From assembly GCA_021613535.1 (NCBI GenBank), contig CP075497.1:12152001-12216000 (forward strand): a stretch of DNA of 64,000 nucleotides, given 5' to 3'. The notes beneath the pieces were generated by a model. It saw only the letters and a list, made by a program, of their open reading frames with translations, was not told the origin of the DNA and made no database searches. This DNA is from Adineta vaga (Eukaryota > Animalia > Rotifera). A program made the translations under genes and the position numbers. This document shows positions 15,832-32,859 of the stretch, piece by piece. How positions within the stretch are numbered: the first letter of the stretch is position 1; every line of letters begins with the position of its first letter.

Positions 15832-17671
15832 ATTCTTTATATTATCTTGAGGGTTTGGACGAAGGTGTTGTAAAGCAAAGAGCAAAGGATGTAGGTTGAA
15901 AAGTTCAATACCTGAATCGAGTTAACGATTTCTACACTACTCTATTATTCATGACAACACCAACATGTGCAATGATTCTGATGAAACATTACATATTCTG
16001 GTACACATTATAAAACAAATTAGTAATAAATATGGTTTACAACCAGTAATTACCATCGATTGTTTAGTAAGAAAAAAACATCGGAACGAAATTATGCATT
16101 GCAGACGAAAGATCAACGAATACGCTTTAGCAAAGAAATCCAATGACTGGAGTTTGTCCGACTTCTTATCGCGCGAACCTGATCTTGAAAATTATATATC
16201 TATCATGGAAATCAACGCGTTGAATAATCGTTTTTTGTCTAATTGTCAAGAACTGATTGTAACACAAGAAAATTGATGATGATATTGATTTTTAGCAATA
16301 AACAAATAAAAAAAAGAAATTATTATTTACCCTTTTTTAGAATAAAAATTGACTTGATTTCTACTTTAAAACACTTTCCATATGAATAAGATAGCAAAAC
16401 ATCTTCAGGGTGTGGTTATGGTTGAAAGCAGAAGCAATACACAGATCATCATCCACAAGTTATCCAACCTTTAATGGGAAAAGTACGAGAAAATATGATT
16501 TTAATCGACATTGTATGTGAAAGATATGAAATATGACCTGGACACTTTATTAGCTCGATAGCTTTCACCGGAAAAAGTAATAACAGAATAAACAAATCGA
16601 TCACATCTTAATATTTCTTTTCAAACCCTGGTACTAGTGAATACATTCGATGAACACATAGAAAGATATATATATATCCAAGGATTGGTCCTTCTGCATA
16701 TAAATGTGCTCTAACAAATATAGTTAATTTGTCGAATGGCTTCTTTTCAAAAAGAGATTTATTGCATTAAGCTATTCTACCTATACCAGAAAGTCTTAAT
16801 TCATACCATAAGGAAAAGTATTTTCATAACCTGTTTTCGATTTTAGATGCCGTTAGCCGAAATGCAACGAATGGTCGATAGACTTGATCAACAAATTCAA
16901 CCACCGTCACAGCCGTTAAAGATGGTTAAGCGGAGAAAAGAGATAAATTACTCAGCATCATTGCTTTAAACAATAGAAGTTCTCCCTAGAGCATATTGCA
17001 TAATTTATTTTGGCTAAAACACTGTTTGTTTTTCTTCTCTTCTCAGGTCAATTATGTGAGCAACTGACGTCCACTTATGTTTAAAATGAACCATTTTGGT
17101 CGTACAGACGAATGAGCTGACGTTATAAATATAGAAATTATGATAATTCGTTTTCTCATAAATTTTCTGTCTCTAAAATTGTTTTAACGTTTTACTTGAA
17201 AATGTGTCGACAAGGTGGTTCCTTTGGATTGGCACTGTAAGTGTTAATTCATTTAGCTAAACTTCTTATGATTCCCTATTGTCTATCTCGTGTATGATGC
17301 ACACATAAGCGACATACTATACGAAAAATATAGAGAGACAATCGTGAACTGCCGATAGAATTCTCCAGTTTGACAGATTAGATTTGTTGCACATACGTGA
17401 AAATTTTGTTTCTGATGAATGTCGAGACTTCAAAGGGAAGTCATCTTGAATGAGAAATAGATTGATGGAAAAATTCTTTTGACCTAGATTAATTTGACAT
17501 TTTCTGTAGTCGTGCATGTATAGATCGTTACATTTTGTTTTCCTTCTCGTTTATACATTCAGAAGAACGAATCGATCTTTTATTTCTGCACAATATAATT
17601 AGTAGCTTTCATTTTCATAAACGTGTAAATCTTTTCGTAGGTGAGAGTTGTCGAGGCTAATAGTTTCATTA

Positions 17672-17762
17672 CCCAGGTCCATCAATTCCATACTTGGATC
17701 CGATCGGATTATATAGGATGATCGGATGCTATAGGATCCGTTATCGGATTCGTGAATCTGGA
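17672..17762. mobile_element. Degenerate CCCAGG-ended MITE with internal GATCGGAT/ATAGGAT repeats
   Basis: ta|CCCAGGTCC ... GAATCTGGA|ta. Same left end as the elements at 36619 and 45729. Confidence 0.5.
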
Positions 17763-19039
17763 TAGCAACGATGATGCTAATATCGGCTATATATCTGATA
17801 TCGGAAAGTTAACGAATTAGTTAAGAAGCTATATTTTGAGTTTGATAATTACCATTTGACTTCTTTTAGAGGCGGTTACATGGGGACAAACTTTATGGAT
17901 CATTTATTTGAAAATGATTCATACTGCAAACGCTATATGGAATTTTAACAAAGACTGTTATAGGTGATTCAGCAAGATCTTTTTCGAAAAAAAAGAAACA
18001 TTATCTCTGAAATAAAGTGTTTCGTTCATTTATGTATGCATTTGTTAAATTTGCAGAAGCAAAACTCATAAGAACTAAGAAGAGAAATCATTATATCAAA
18101 ATATATTTGATTTTGTTTTGAAAGAGAGACATAAACAGTATGGATGTTACTCTTGTACTAATTTAAAGATCAAAACGAAAAAATTATGTATATTAATATG
18201 ATCTGTAGTATTAACATTCCGTTTAAAAAACATAAAACTCTGATTTTATAAAGCAATTAAAATATGAAATTTGTTGCATTAAAGTAGGATAGTGCTGAAC
18301 TATGTTACGCTTTCTAGATACTGAAACTTAACAGATTCTGCTTGCTAAATTCTGAATCACAGGAGTTTGATCTGTTTAGTTAAATTGAAGAAAACAGTTT
18401 CATCCCATAATGCTAAACCAAAAGGCTCTATCGGATAACGTTGCATGTGAAAACATTTTGGATACGAATGATAAGTTGCGAAAAGTACTGAACGGTGTGA
18501 ATGAGGAAAATGACCTGTCGAGAATTTTTCGAGAGTAATCCGTTCGCAAAGTTCATTATGAGATGTGATTTTTTGTTCGAATATGACTCAAAGGATCTTT
18601 AACATAACCATTTTACCCATCGATGTTTTTTTTCTTTTCACGATGGATTATTTGACATGAATTACTTGGCTTAATACTTCTTCATATGATGAATCTCACG
18701 TCAGGTCGAAATATTGAACAATAAGATCAAATTGTTTGACTTGTTTTTTTTTGGAACATATTCATCAATCGTTGTGATTATTAGAAAACAAAAGAGAGGA
18801 TAAAGTTGATGACAATAGATGTAAGAGAAATATAAACAAAAAAGAAAAGAGAGAGAGAGAGAGGAATGAGAAAGACACATACATACAGAAGATAGAGATA
18901 TTGTTCATTGTTCATTGAGCAAAAGCAGAGGAACAACGAGAGATAAATACGAGCACTGATAATAATCATTTTAAGAAATATGTTTCTATGTTCTCAAAAC
19001 AAAAAGAATTAGGAAAAAAACGAACAGCAAAGAATAATT

Positions 19040-22596
<3,557 letters not shown>

Positions 22597-24226
22597 CGTT
22601 CAAGATTAAGAAAATCAATTATAAACAATCATAATCATCTGGAACAGAGTAGTAATGAAACATATTTATTAGCATGTTCAATTCATTTGAATGAGTCATT
22701 CACTTCTCTAGACTCGTATTGGAGAACGATATGTAACATGTATACTAGCGCCGTTCAATGTTTTTTTTCTTTTCGATTCTATCAATTAACTATGAAGAAT
22801 ATTTATTAGAAGATTTTGCTAGAAAGAAAAAATAAACAAATTTGTTTAACAACAGATATATTTAACTAATAGCAAGGTTTAAAATTGTTTGTCTATTATA
22901 ATGAAGAAAATGTTTTTTATACGAGAAAAATCGATTCATCTTTAAAGATGAAAGTTGAAGAAAAGAAAACAAACGAATGTTGAATATCTATAAATGTAGA
23001 GATTAGAAAAAGAAAAGGAGAATAATAAGTGAGAGAGAGGGCGTTCTCAGACGTTGATTTCCCATATTTCCGTTCTAAAACAAAGAAAATGTCAAGACTG
23101 TTACTAATTAAAGTAATCAGTTACGAGCACAAAATCATCGCCATATATCATTTAAAATTAAAATGACTTATTTAATAGATCGTAAATTTTGGCACGATAT
23201 ATCGTTTGTGCTGCAGTTATTTTCTTAAAAAAGATAATGAAAAAAAAGATGAACTGTATTCAGTGCGCGGCTGTTAATGCAAGTACTTTATGTTTGTAAG
23301 ACGGTGAATAACTTTTCTGTGAAAGGGAACTGTCTCCAACAAAACTTCACTCTTCTACAAAAAGGTCTTGTATTAGTTCAACTTTTGATTTATTTTTGGA
23401 TGATGATGATGACGACAGTGAATTTCCTTGTAACTGTACCAATAGCCTCATGATCACTATATTCATATATCAATTCTCACGTCATCGATAAATGTTTCGT
23501 GTTTGTAAATGAATAATTGATTTTTTTTCTTCTTCTCATCAAATACTGACTGAACTAACATAATCGAAAAAATGTCTAATCGAATATATGATTGTTCTCA
23601 AGATTTATCCACACAGTTGAACTAAATTATTAAAAGATGTCAGTAATCATCACTGTATGAGTTTATTTCGTTTGTCAAACAGAACGAATTGTTGAATAGG
23701 TATCAAAATCATACTGGTAGTATCTATGTTTCAAGCGTCATCATCTAATTATGATGAATATTACAATGAAAGCATTATTCTTAATCGAATTAGTTATTAT
23801 ATTATCGTGCAAACATTCAGCCATTCGAAAGAAGTGCTCCTAAAATGAAGATAATTTTCATTCTTCAGCTGAGCAATCTAACTTTTATCATGATATTGAT
23901 TACTAGTGAACGTATGCATTATATGCAGAGAGACTTTTGTAAGGGGAAAACAATGAAATCGTGGAATTCTGGAGAATTCCACAGGATTTCCAATACACTT
24001 TTGGAATTGTTTAAGGAAACTAAGTATATCATCCTTCAATCCTCATATACTATGATGTTTTTTCTTTATTGTTACACGAAGACTGTTTGGTTTTTATTCA
24101 ATGTGTGTCTTTACGAAGAACAGAATGTTTATCTTAATTTCTAAATAATTTATTTCTAAATGCAAGTTTCCATTACATAATCAAAGAAAATAAAAAACGA
24201 ATCGTAATTGAATTAGATTAAGATGA

Positions 24227-26094
24227 TTATTTTGATGTATTAAGATAAGATCGCCATCCACCCAAATGTGTGATATCTTCTGCATTATCTAAAGCCGATG
24301 ATTCAACAAGAAAACCTTTAACAATTTGTCCATCTTCAAGAATAATATTTCCAATTGAAAGTGGTGATGGAATTAAACTCATAAAACTTGCAACATGTTC
24401 AGTTGGAAGAGCCCAAATTTCGATTTCAATTCCAGGACCTTGATTACCAATAACACGTATTAAACCAGGTTTAGGTGGTGTTGTATTTTGAAGTGCATAG
24501 AGACGATATTCATGATGAGTACGACATTTACGAACAAATTGACCATGGCGTTCAATTAATTGATAATTTAATGGTTGATCAGATAAATGAGCACCAACAA
24601 CAGCAAGAAGAAAATAGTTCATTTGATGACTGTCTGTTATAGATAATTTTGGTGTGTTGGATAACAAACGTGTTGAACCGGCGATAGTCTTTGAAAGCGA
24701 ACGATGAATACGATCTCCAAGTAAAAGAAGTGCATTATCTGTAAATGCATGACTAATTAAAGTCACACCAAATGGTAAACCATCCGAACGAATACCAGCA
24801 GGTAATGCAATTGCTGCTAAATCAAGTAAATTAACAAAATTTGTATAATATCCGAGATGGCTATTAAGTTCAATTGGTGAATTATTTATTTCATCGATTG
24901 TATAAGTTCGAGGTGCAGTTGGAACTAACATAACATCGAAATTTTCCCATATTTTATCTGTTTGTTTTTTTAATCGTTCAAGTTCATAAATTGCATTGAA
25001 AACATCAACTGCGGAATAATTTTTTGATTTGGAAATAATTGAATGTACAATTGGATCGGTATCGGATTGATGTTCATCAATAAAATGACCAACAGCAGCA
25101 TAACGTTCAGCGACCCATGGGCCTTTATAAAGTAAACCGGCAACATTAAGAAAAGGTGTCAAATCAAATGGAATGGCTTCACCATCCAAATCACGTTGAA
25201 TTATATCAATAGCATTTTGAAATAATTTCGGATTTTCTGAATCACCAAAAAATTCACGGGTATTTTGTGTTGGAACACCAAATCGAAATTTTGCGGAGAT
25301 AGCCCATGGAGATGCACCTGAAGAACATGATGGTTGACGAGAATATGGATCTAATTCATCAAAACCACGAGTGATTGACAAAATCAATGATGCATCAAAT
25401 GCTGTTTCAGCAAATATTGAAACACAATCAAGACTTCGACAAGCAGGTACAACACCTCGACTACTAAGAAGACCACGAGATGGTTTCATGCCAATAATAT
25501 TATTAAACATTGCAGGAACTCTACCTGATCCAGCCGTATCTGTTCCCAATGAAAATGTTACCTAAGAAAACATTTCAACGATACGATTAGAATTCTTTGA
25601 AAACTTACTAAACCACTGGCAACAGCAACTGCCGAACCAGAACTTGATCCACCAGAGATATAATTCTTATTGAAAACACATGCACAAGCACCATATGGTG
25701 AACGTGTACCAACTAAACCTGTTGCAAATTGATCCATATTGGTTTTACCAATGAGAATTCCACCGGCTTGTTCAAGTTTTTGTACAACTGGTGCAGTTTC
25801 GATTGCTGCTTTACAACCAAATACTGGACATGCTGCTGTTGTAGATAAATTAGTAACATCAATATTATCTTTAACAGCAAATGGAACACCATAAAGTGGA
25901 AATTTACAACGATCTTCTATTGATATTGTTAATAATTGTTTGACTTTTTTCATTGCATTTTCTCGAGATATTACTGAAATCCATATGAGTTTTGTACCTT
26001 CGTTTTCTATACGATCATAAATAGAATTAATCGTGTTTGCAAGAGCATTTGAATCAGTTGAATAAAGTTGATGAAGTTCACTGATGTTTGGCAT
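24227..26094 (-). CDS. atzF: Allophanate hydrolase (amidase-signature N-domain + C-domain), one 47-nt intron at 25562-25608
   Basis: FAVKDNID, GKTNMDQFATGLVGTRSPYG, GGSSSGSAVAV, GTDTAGSGRVP, NSHLGYYTNF, C-domain VVGAHLS...GGWRSY. A gtaag...ttag intron joins the two ORFs in frame. Confidence 0.95.
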
Positions 26095-26781
26095 TGAAGT
26101 TTGAATATTATTTGGAAAAATTCTAAATCAATAAGGACGATATTTTATATCTATTTCTCTATAAAATGCCATGAACTTCTTGAAAAGATAATATGCATTT
26201 AATAATAAACACAAATGTGATGTTCTTATCACAGAATAGATAAAGATAAAGAGAATTGTTTTCGTCATCCGACGATAATCACGCATTCTCTGTATGTTCA
26301 CTCGCGCGAACCAGATAATATACAAGTCACTTGAAAGAGAAATTTCGACTGGATACACGAATATAATGGCTTCTATGCGATAAAGACAGTGTAAATAATT
26401 CTCGTTTAATATAAGAATCAATAAGAGAATGAATAGAAAGCAACTTGAAATCAAAGTTCAAAATGTTTATCTCACGTGCGAATAAAACTTAAACAAACAG
26501 ATAAGATATCGTTTAATTTACAAAGAATCGTTTCTAAATCTAAAAATAATATAAATACTATGCTATTTTTAGTTAAACTGAATCATTCTATTTGGACAAT
26601 ATGACATTTTCACTCTAACAAGAACAACGTCCGACATATATGGATGAAACGTAATAACTGACGGTTTTTCTATTTATTTATCAATCTATATCGTGTAAGT
26701 GTATATACGTAACCCCGGCCTCGTCATACGATAAAATCAGAGATAGTTATAACTAGTTCAATAGGTTCATCTGAAGATAAA
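26095..26781. promoter_or_regulatory. Putative bidirectional promoter of allophanate hydrolase/urea carboxylase, GATAA-rich
   Basis: Head-to-head ATGs about 690 bp apart. I count about 12 GATAA/TTATC sites and one CACGTG (~26473). Confidence 0.55.
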
Positions 26782-29700
26782 ATGACGAATTATTTTTTTT
26801 CAAATGATACTTCTTTATTCAAATCGGTACTTATTGCCAATCGTGGTGAGATTGCAGTACGAGTTGCTCGTACTTTACGTGAACTTGGTATTGAAAGTAT
26901 TGCAATTTATTCGGAAGCTGATCGAAATTCTGGTCATGTTATTGCTGCTGATCGTGCTATCGAGTTGAAAGGTGCTTCATCAAGTGAAATTTATTTACAT
27001 GGTGATTTAATTATTGAAACAGCCAAAGCACAAAAAGCACAAGCCATTTTTCCAGGTTACGGTTTTTTATCTGAAAATGCAGATTTTGCTCGAGAATGTG
27101 AAGCCGCTGGTCTTTGTTTTATTGGTCCAACATCTGAACAAATCTATCAACTTGGTCTTAAACATCTGGCTTATGAATTAGCATTAGAAGCTCATCTTCC
27201 ACTTTTACCACGTACAAGTCTTTTATCTGGAGTAGAAGAAGCGGTAAGAGAAGCATCCCGTATTGGATATCCAGTTATGTTGAAAAGCACAGCAGGTTCA
27301 GGTGGTAACGGTATGGCGCAATGTTTAAATGAAGAAGAATTAATCAATGTATTTGATAAAGTACATCGTGCAGCAATGAAATTTTTAAAAAATGATGGTC
27401 TTTATCTTGAACATTGTGTTAATGATGCTCGACATATTGAAGTACAAATATTTGGTGATGGTCAAGGTTATGTCGCTGCACTTAGTGAACGTGATTGTTC
27501 TTTACAACGTCGAAATCAAAAAATAGTTGAAGAATCACCACCACCGAATATTTCTGATGATATTCGATCTCGTCTTCGAGATGCTGCTATTCGACTTGGT
27601 ACTTTAATTAAATATCGATCAGCTGGAACTGTTGAATTTATTTATGATAGAATTTCACAAGAATTTTATTTTCTCGAAGTTAATTGTCGTTTACAAGTAA
27701 AATATTCATTGAAATTTCTTTTTTCATTATGTTCAATAATTTTAGGTTGAACATCCAGTTACCGAAGCTATTTTTGGTATTGATCTTGTCGAATGGATGG
27801 TCAAATTAGCAGCTGGTCAACCACCAAATGAACTGTATAATTTACCATCACCAACTGGGGCAGCAATTGAAGTTCGACTTTGTAGTGAAGATCCTCTACA
27901 TGATTTTCGTCCATCATCAGGCTTACTTCATGAAGTTAAATTTCCACCAAATATTCGTGTTGATACTTGGATTTCAAGTGGTACAGAAATCTCACCATAT
28001 TATGATTCTTTATTGGCAAAAATTATTGTTCATGGTAAAAATCGACAAGAAGCGATTGAACGTATGTGTCATGCTCTTCAACAAACGACTATCATTGGTA
28101 TTGGAACAAATCTTGATTTTCTTCATCAAGTTATTAGTTCACCAATTTTTACAACTGCTGATATTTCTGTTAAAGTTTTAACACATTATTTTAAATATAA
28201 ACCAAATGCGATAGAAATAATCGAACCAGGAACTTATACAACTATTCAAGATTATCCTGGTCGTGTTGGTTATTGGAATATTGGTGTACCACCATCTGGT
28301 CCTATGGATGATTATGCATTTCGTCTTGCAAATCGTTTAGTTGGCAATAGTGAAGATGCAGCTGGATTGGAATGTACATTAATCGGACCATCAGTACGTT
28401 TTCATCAATCAACAATAATTGCGATTACAGGTGCAACAATGAAAGTAACACTTGATGAGAAACCGATTGAATTATGGAAACCAATTTGTGTGGAAAGTGG
28501 ACAAATATTACGATTAGGACGAGCAACACTTGGCTGTCGTTCGTATTTGGCTATTCGTGGAGGTTTTGATGTTCCACTTTATCTTGGTAGTCGTTCGACT
28601 TTTGTTCTTGGAAAATTTGGTGGTTATGCTGGTCGATTATTAAACTCAGGTGATACTTTATTTATTGGTTCATGTATTACCGATGAAATTCCATCGAATG
28701 TCTCAGATGATATTATTCCACATTATCCAAATGTCGATGGTGAAGAATGGCGAGTTGCTGTTTTATGTGGACCTCATGGTGCACCAGATTTTTTTACTTC
28801 TGATTATATTGATAAATTCTTTGCTAGTTCATGGAAAGTTCATCACAATTCCAATCGTCTTGGTATTCGTTTATTAGGACCAAAACCAAGTTGGTCTCGT
28901 ACAAATGGTGGTAATGCTGGTTTACATCCTTCGAATATTTATGATTGTGAATATGCTATTGGTAGTATTAATTTCACTGGTGATACACCAGTTATTCTTA
29001 CACAAGACGGACCAAGTTTAGGTGGTTTTGTTTGTCCTGTTACGATTGCTAAAGCAGAACTTTGGAAAATTGGTCAAGTTAAACCTAATGATCGAATTCG
29101 TTTTTATCCAATTACATTTGATCAAGCATTAACATTAGAAAAGCATCAAGATAAATTAATATCAACATTAATATTTTCATCTGTTTCATTATCACCGAAA
29201 AAATCATATCAATGTATTTTAAATGAATTAGAAGAAACTCAAACTCGACCACATATTATTTATCGTCAAGCAGGTGATCATTATATTCTTATTGAATATG
29301 GTTCAATCAATTTTGATTTACATGATCGATTTCGTGTTCATTTTCTCATGGAAGAATTAGAAAAAAATCCAATTCATGGAATATTAGAATTATCACCTGG
29401 TGTTCGTTCACTTCAAATTAAATATGACAGTCGAAAACTTGCACAGCAACAACTAATTCAAGAATTAATCGAAGTGGAACAACGTTTACCGTCAGATTAT
29501 CATGGTTTACGTGTTAAAAGTCGTATTGTTTATTTACCATTAACATTTGAAGATTCTGCTACACTCGATGCTGTTCAACGTTATCAAGAAACTGTCAAGT
29601 CTTCAGCACCTTGGTTACCAAATAATGTAGATTTTATTCAACGTATTAATGGACTTTCTTCTCGCGATGAAGTCGAAAAAATCATTTATGATGCTTCATA

Positions 29701-30493
29701 TTTAGTTCTTGGTCTTGGTGATGTTTATCTTGGTGCACCATGTGCAATTCCAATTGATCCACGTCATCGATTAGTTACATCAAAATATAATCCAGCACGA
29801 ACATTTACTGCTGAAGGAACTGTTGGCATTGGTGGTGTTTATATGTGTATTTATGGAATGGATTCACCGGGTGGTTATCAATTAATTGGTCGATCTTTAC
29901 CAATTTGGAATACATTTGTTCGAAATGATGCTTTTAAAGATAATAATCCATGGCTTTTAAGATTTTTTGATCAAATCCGATTTTATCCTGTCGATGAAAA
30001 AGAACTTTTAATTCAACGTCAAGCATTTCGAGATGGCCGATTACAAATACGAATTATTGAAGATAATGAATTTGATCTAAGTGAATATGATCAATTTCTT
30101 CAACGAGAATCAGAAAGTATTCAGAATTTTATTAAAAAACGAGATCAAGCTTTTAATGAAGAAATTTCACATTGGGAAAAAGATGAAGAAAATAATAAGA
30201 ATTCAAAATTAAATGATAAAATTAATGAAATTCAAGAAAATCAAGAAAATCAAGACGATGATGATGATGAAAATATAAAAACAATTCGTGCAGATATTTG
30301 TGGAAGTGTTTGGAAATTATTAGTTGAATTAAATGAATTTGTAAATATTGATACACCTGTTGTTATTTTCGAAGCAATGAAAATGGAATTAATTCTTCGT
30401 TCTCCTATTGCAGGTAAAATTACTTCAATTTTATGTCATATTGGACAACTTGTTACTACAAATGATGTTCTTTTAAAAATTCAATCGATGTAA
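26782..30493 (+). CDS. uca: Urea carboxylase (biotin carboxylase - carboxyltransferase - BCCP), one 49-nt intron at 27697-27745
   Basis: LIANRGEIA, PGYGFLSEN, ERDCSLQRRNQK, EVNCRLQ|VEHP, IQDYPGRVGYWNIGVPPSGPMD, HPSNIYDCEYAIGSINFTGD, LGLGDVY, TSKYNPART, and biotinylation motif EAMKM. Confidence 0.96.
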
Positions 30494-31199
30494 TTCTTTT
30501 TCTTCTTAAATTAAATAAAAATATTTTGATTGGATTTTGTGATTTCAATCAACAATCCATAGAATTATGACCCCTGTGTTTTTTCTCACTCTCAACTGAT
30601 AGATATACAGAAGAATATAAAAACGATTCTTTTTTGTCTGTATTCTTCTTATATAGAACATGTCAATATTATTTATTGAGATAAACATGCGTTTTCTTTT
30701 CTATGATTTGGTTGATGAAACAACTGATAACTTTTTTTGATAATAATTATGAGGAGAAAATTCACAGTACACCTCTGTAACATTCAGAAAAAGATTGACA
30801 GAGAAACAGTTGGAGTTTGTCTTTATTCTTTCTTACAAACATCTTCTTATTGAACATCACCAACAATGATGTTAATATTTACATTTCAGAAGTGAGCAGA
30901 AGGCAAGATGTATGTGTCGTCCTGGTTTGTTTTATCTCTGACAGCCAATATCTATTCTGACTAGTATCCAATTGACTAAAAACGATACTCAGCTGAATTC
31001 TCAGGTGAGAGGGACAACATTAAAGTACGTACCTTAATCGTATACTGTTATCGCTCTCAGTGACAGAAAGAGAAAAATAAAGATTAGAGAGAAAAAGCAA
31101 AAAAAACAAAAAGCTTGTCACCTAATCCACGTTGCTATTTTAAAATATAAAAGAAGAAGAAACTATCGTATTGCTCTACATAAATTTTGCTTCGTCATA

Positions 31200-32270
31200 A
31201 TGAGTTCATCAACTTTTCATGCTAAATCAACTGCTCTTGAAATCGTTCAAGGACTGAATGCAAAATTAGATGGTAAAGTTGTGCTTATTACAGGTGCTAC
31301 ATCAGGTAATAGTTGAGAAAAAAGAAATGAAAATTTTCACTATAAAAATGTGTTTTTCTCTTATAAGGTATTGGCATTGAAACAGCTCGTGCTTTAGCAT
31401 CTGCGAATGCACATGTTATTATTACTGCTCGAGACATGAATAAAGGTGCACAAGTTGTCGAAGATATTAAAAAAACTACAGGTAACAATAAAGTTGATGT
31501 CATGGAAATGGATTTGACATCCCTCAATTCGGTAAGAAATTTTGTTAAACAATTTCAAGCACGTAAATTACCAATTAATATTCTTATTTGTAAGAACATA
31601 TATATTTCAATTAATATCCATACTTAAATTGATCGTTCTGATAGGTAATGCTGGAATTATGGCAAGTCCATATTCAAAGACTGCTGATGGTTTTGAATCG
31701 CAATTTGGTGTAAATCATCTTGCACATTTTCTTTTGACGACAAGTCTTCTTCCTGAACTCAAAGCTGGTAAACCATCTCGTGTAGTTGTTGTTAGTTCAT
31801 TAGCAAATAAACGTGGTGGTATCAATTGGGATGATATTAATTGGGAAAAAAATTATGACAAATGGTTAGCTTATGCACAGAGTAAAACAGCAAATATTCT
31901 CTTTGCAAAGCAATTGAATAAATTATATGAATCACAAGGAATTAAAGCATATGCTTTACATCCAGGCGGAATTATGACAAATCTACAAAAAGATGTACCA
32001 ATTGAAGAACAACGTGCTATGGGATGGTATAAAGAAGATGGTACAATTCATGATCTTTTCAAAAATGTTGAACAAGGTGCATCAACAAGTGTTTATGCTG
32101 CTCTATCACCTGATCTTGAAAATCATGGTGGCGAATATTTAGAAGATTGTGGAATTAGTAAAGGTGTAAATACAACCGAACGATTTTTAGGTATGGCACC
32201 ACATGCATTAGATATGGAAGCTGCTGAACGTTTATGGAAATTAAGTGAACAAATGGTAGCTACGAAATAA
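31200..32270 (+). CDS. Short-chain dehydrogenase/reductase (retinol dehydrogenase/WWOX-like), 3 exons
   Basis: TGATSG|IGIETA Rossmann motif, [20 protein letters not shown] catalytic motif. TATAAA about 50 bp upstream. Confidence 0.92.
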
Positions 32271-32859
32271 AAGAATGATCAAAAAGTTTGCTTTCTATAA
32301 ATTTAAAAAAAAACTTGATTTTAAACCATTTTGCTATTGTGAGAAGTACGCTAATATTAGAAAATAAAATTATTATATTCTTCAATCAATACACTTGTTT
32401 TACAACTTTCAAAAACATGATATGATTTTTCTTCCATGTTAGCAAATCATTTGGATTTAGTATATGATTTCTTTTCATTTCACAATGTTTTTATCTGTTT
32501 CATATGATCATCATTTTAAAAAATTTGTTTTTCAAACATAGAAAATGTTCACAGCGTTTATTTCAACATATCTTCATTGAGATACCTATATTCACTAAAA
32601 GTTTCTATGCAACGAAAATTGTCGTTTCTTCTTTTTACTTTCATATATCATCACTACCAGGCATCAATCTATCTAACGATTTCTTCGTTCGTTAGTTTCT
32701 TTCGTTTCTTCTTTTCAGTTCGTTTCAATATGAAGATTCGAAAAGTAATACAAACGAAAGAAAAAGATAAATAAACAGACAGACAGAAAAAGGAAGAATC
32801 TTATCCAAACACACTCTCCTGTGCTTCTTCTATTTCATTTTCTTTTCCTGACTTTTACA

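Noticed and set aside
15965-16276. 103-aa ORF in the TLK-MSK intergenic region
   Set aside because: No recognisable motif; it may be a transposon or gene relic but cannot be supported.
24227-30493. Bacterial contamination as the source of the urea genes
   Set aside because: Both genes have spliceosomal introns and host-like composition, and are contiguous with metazoan genes.
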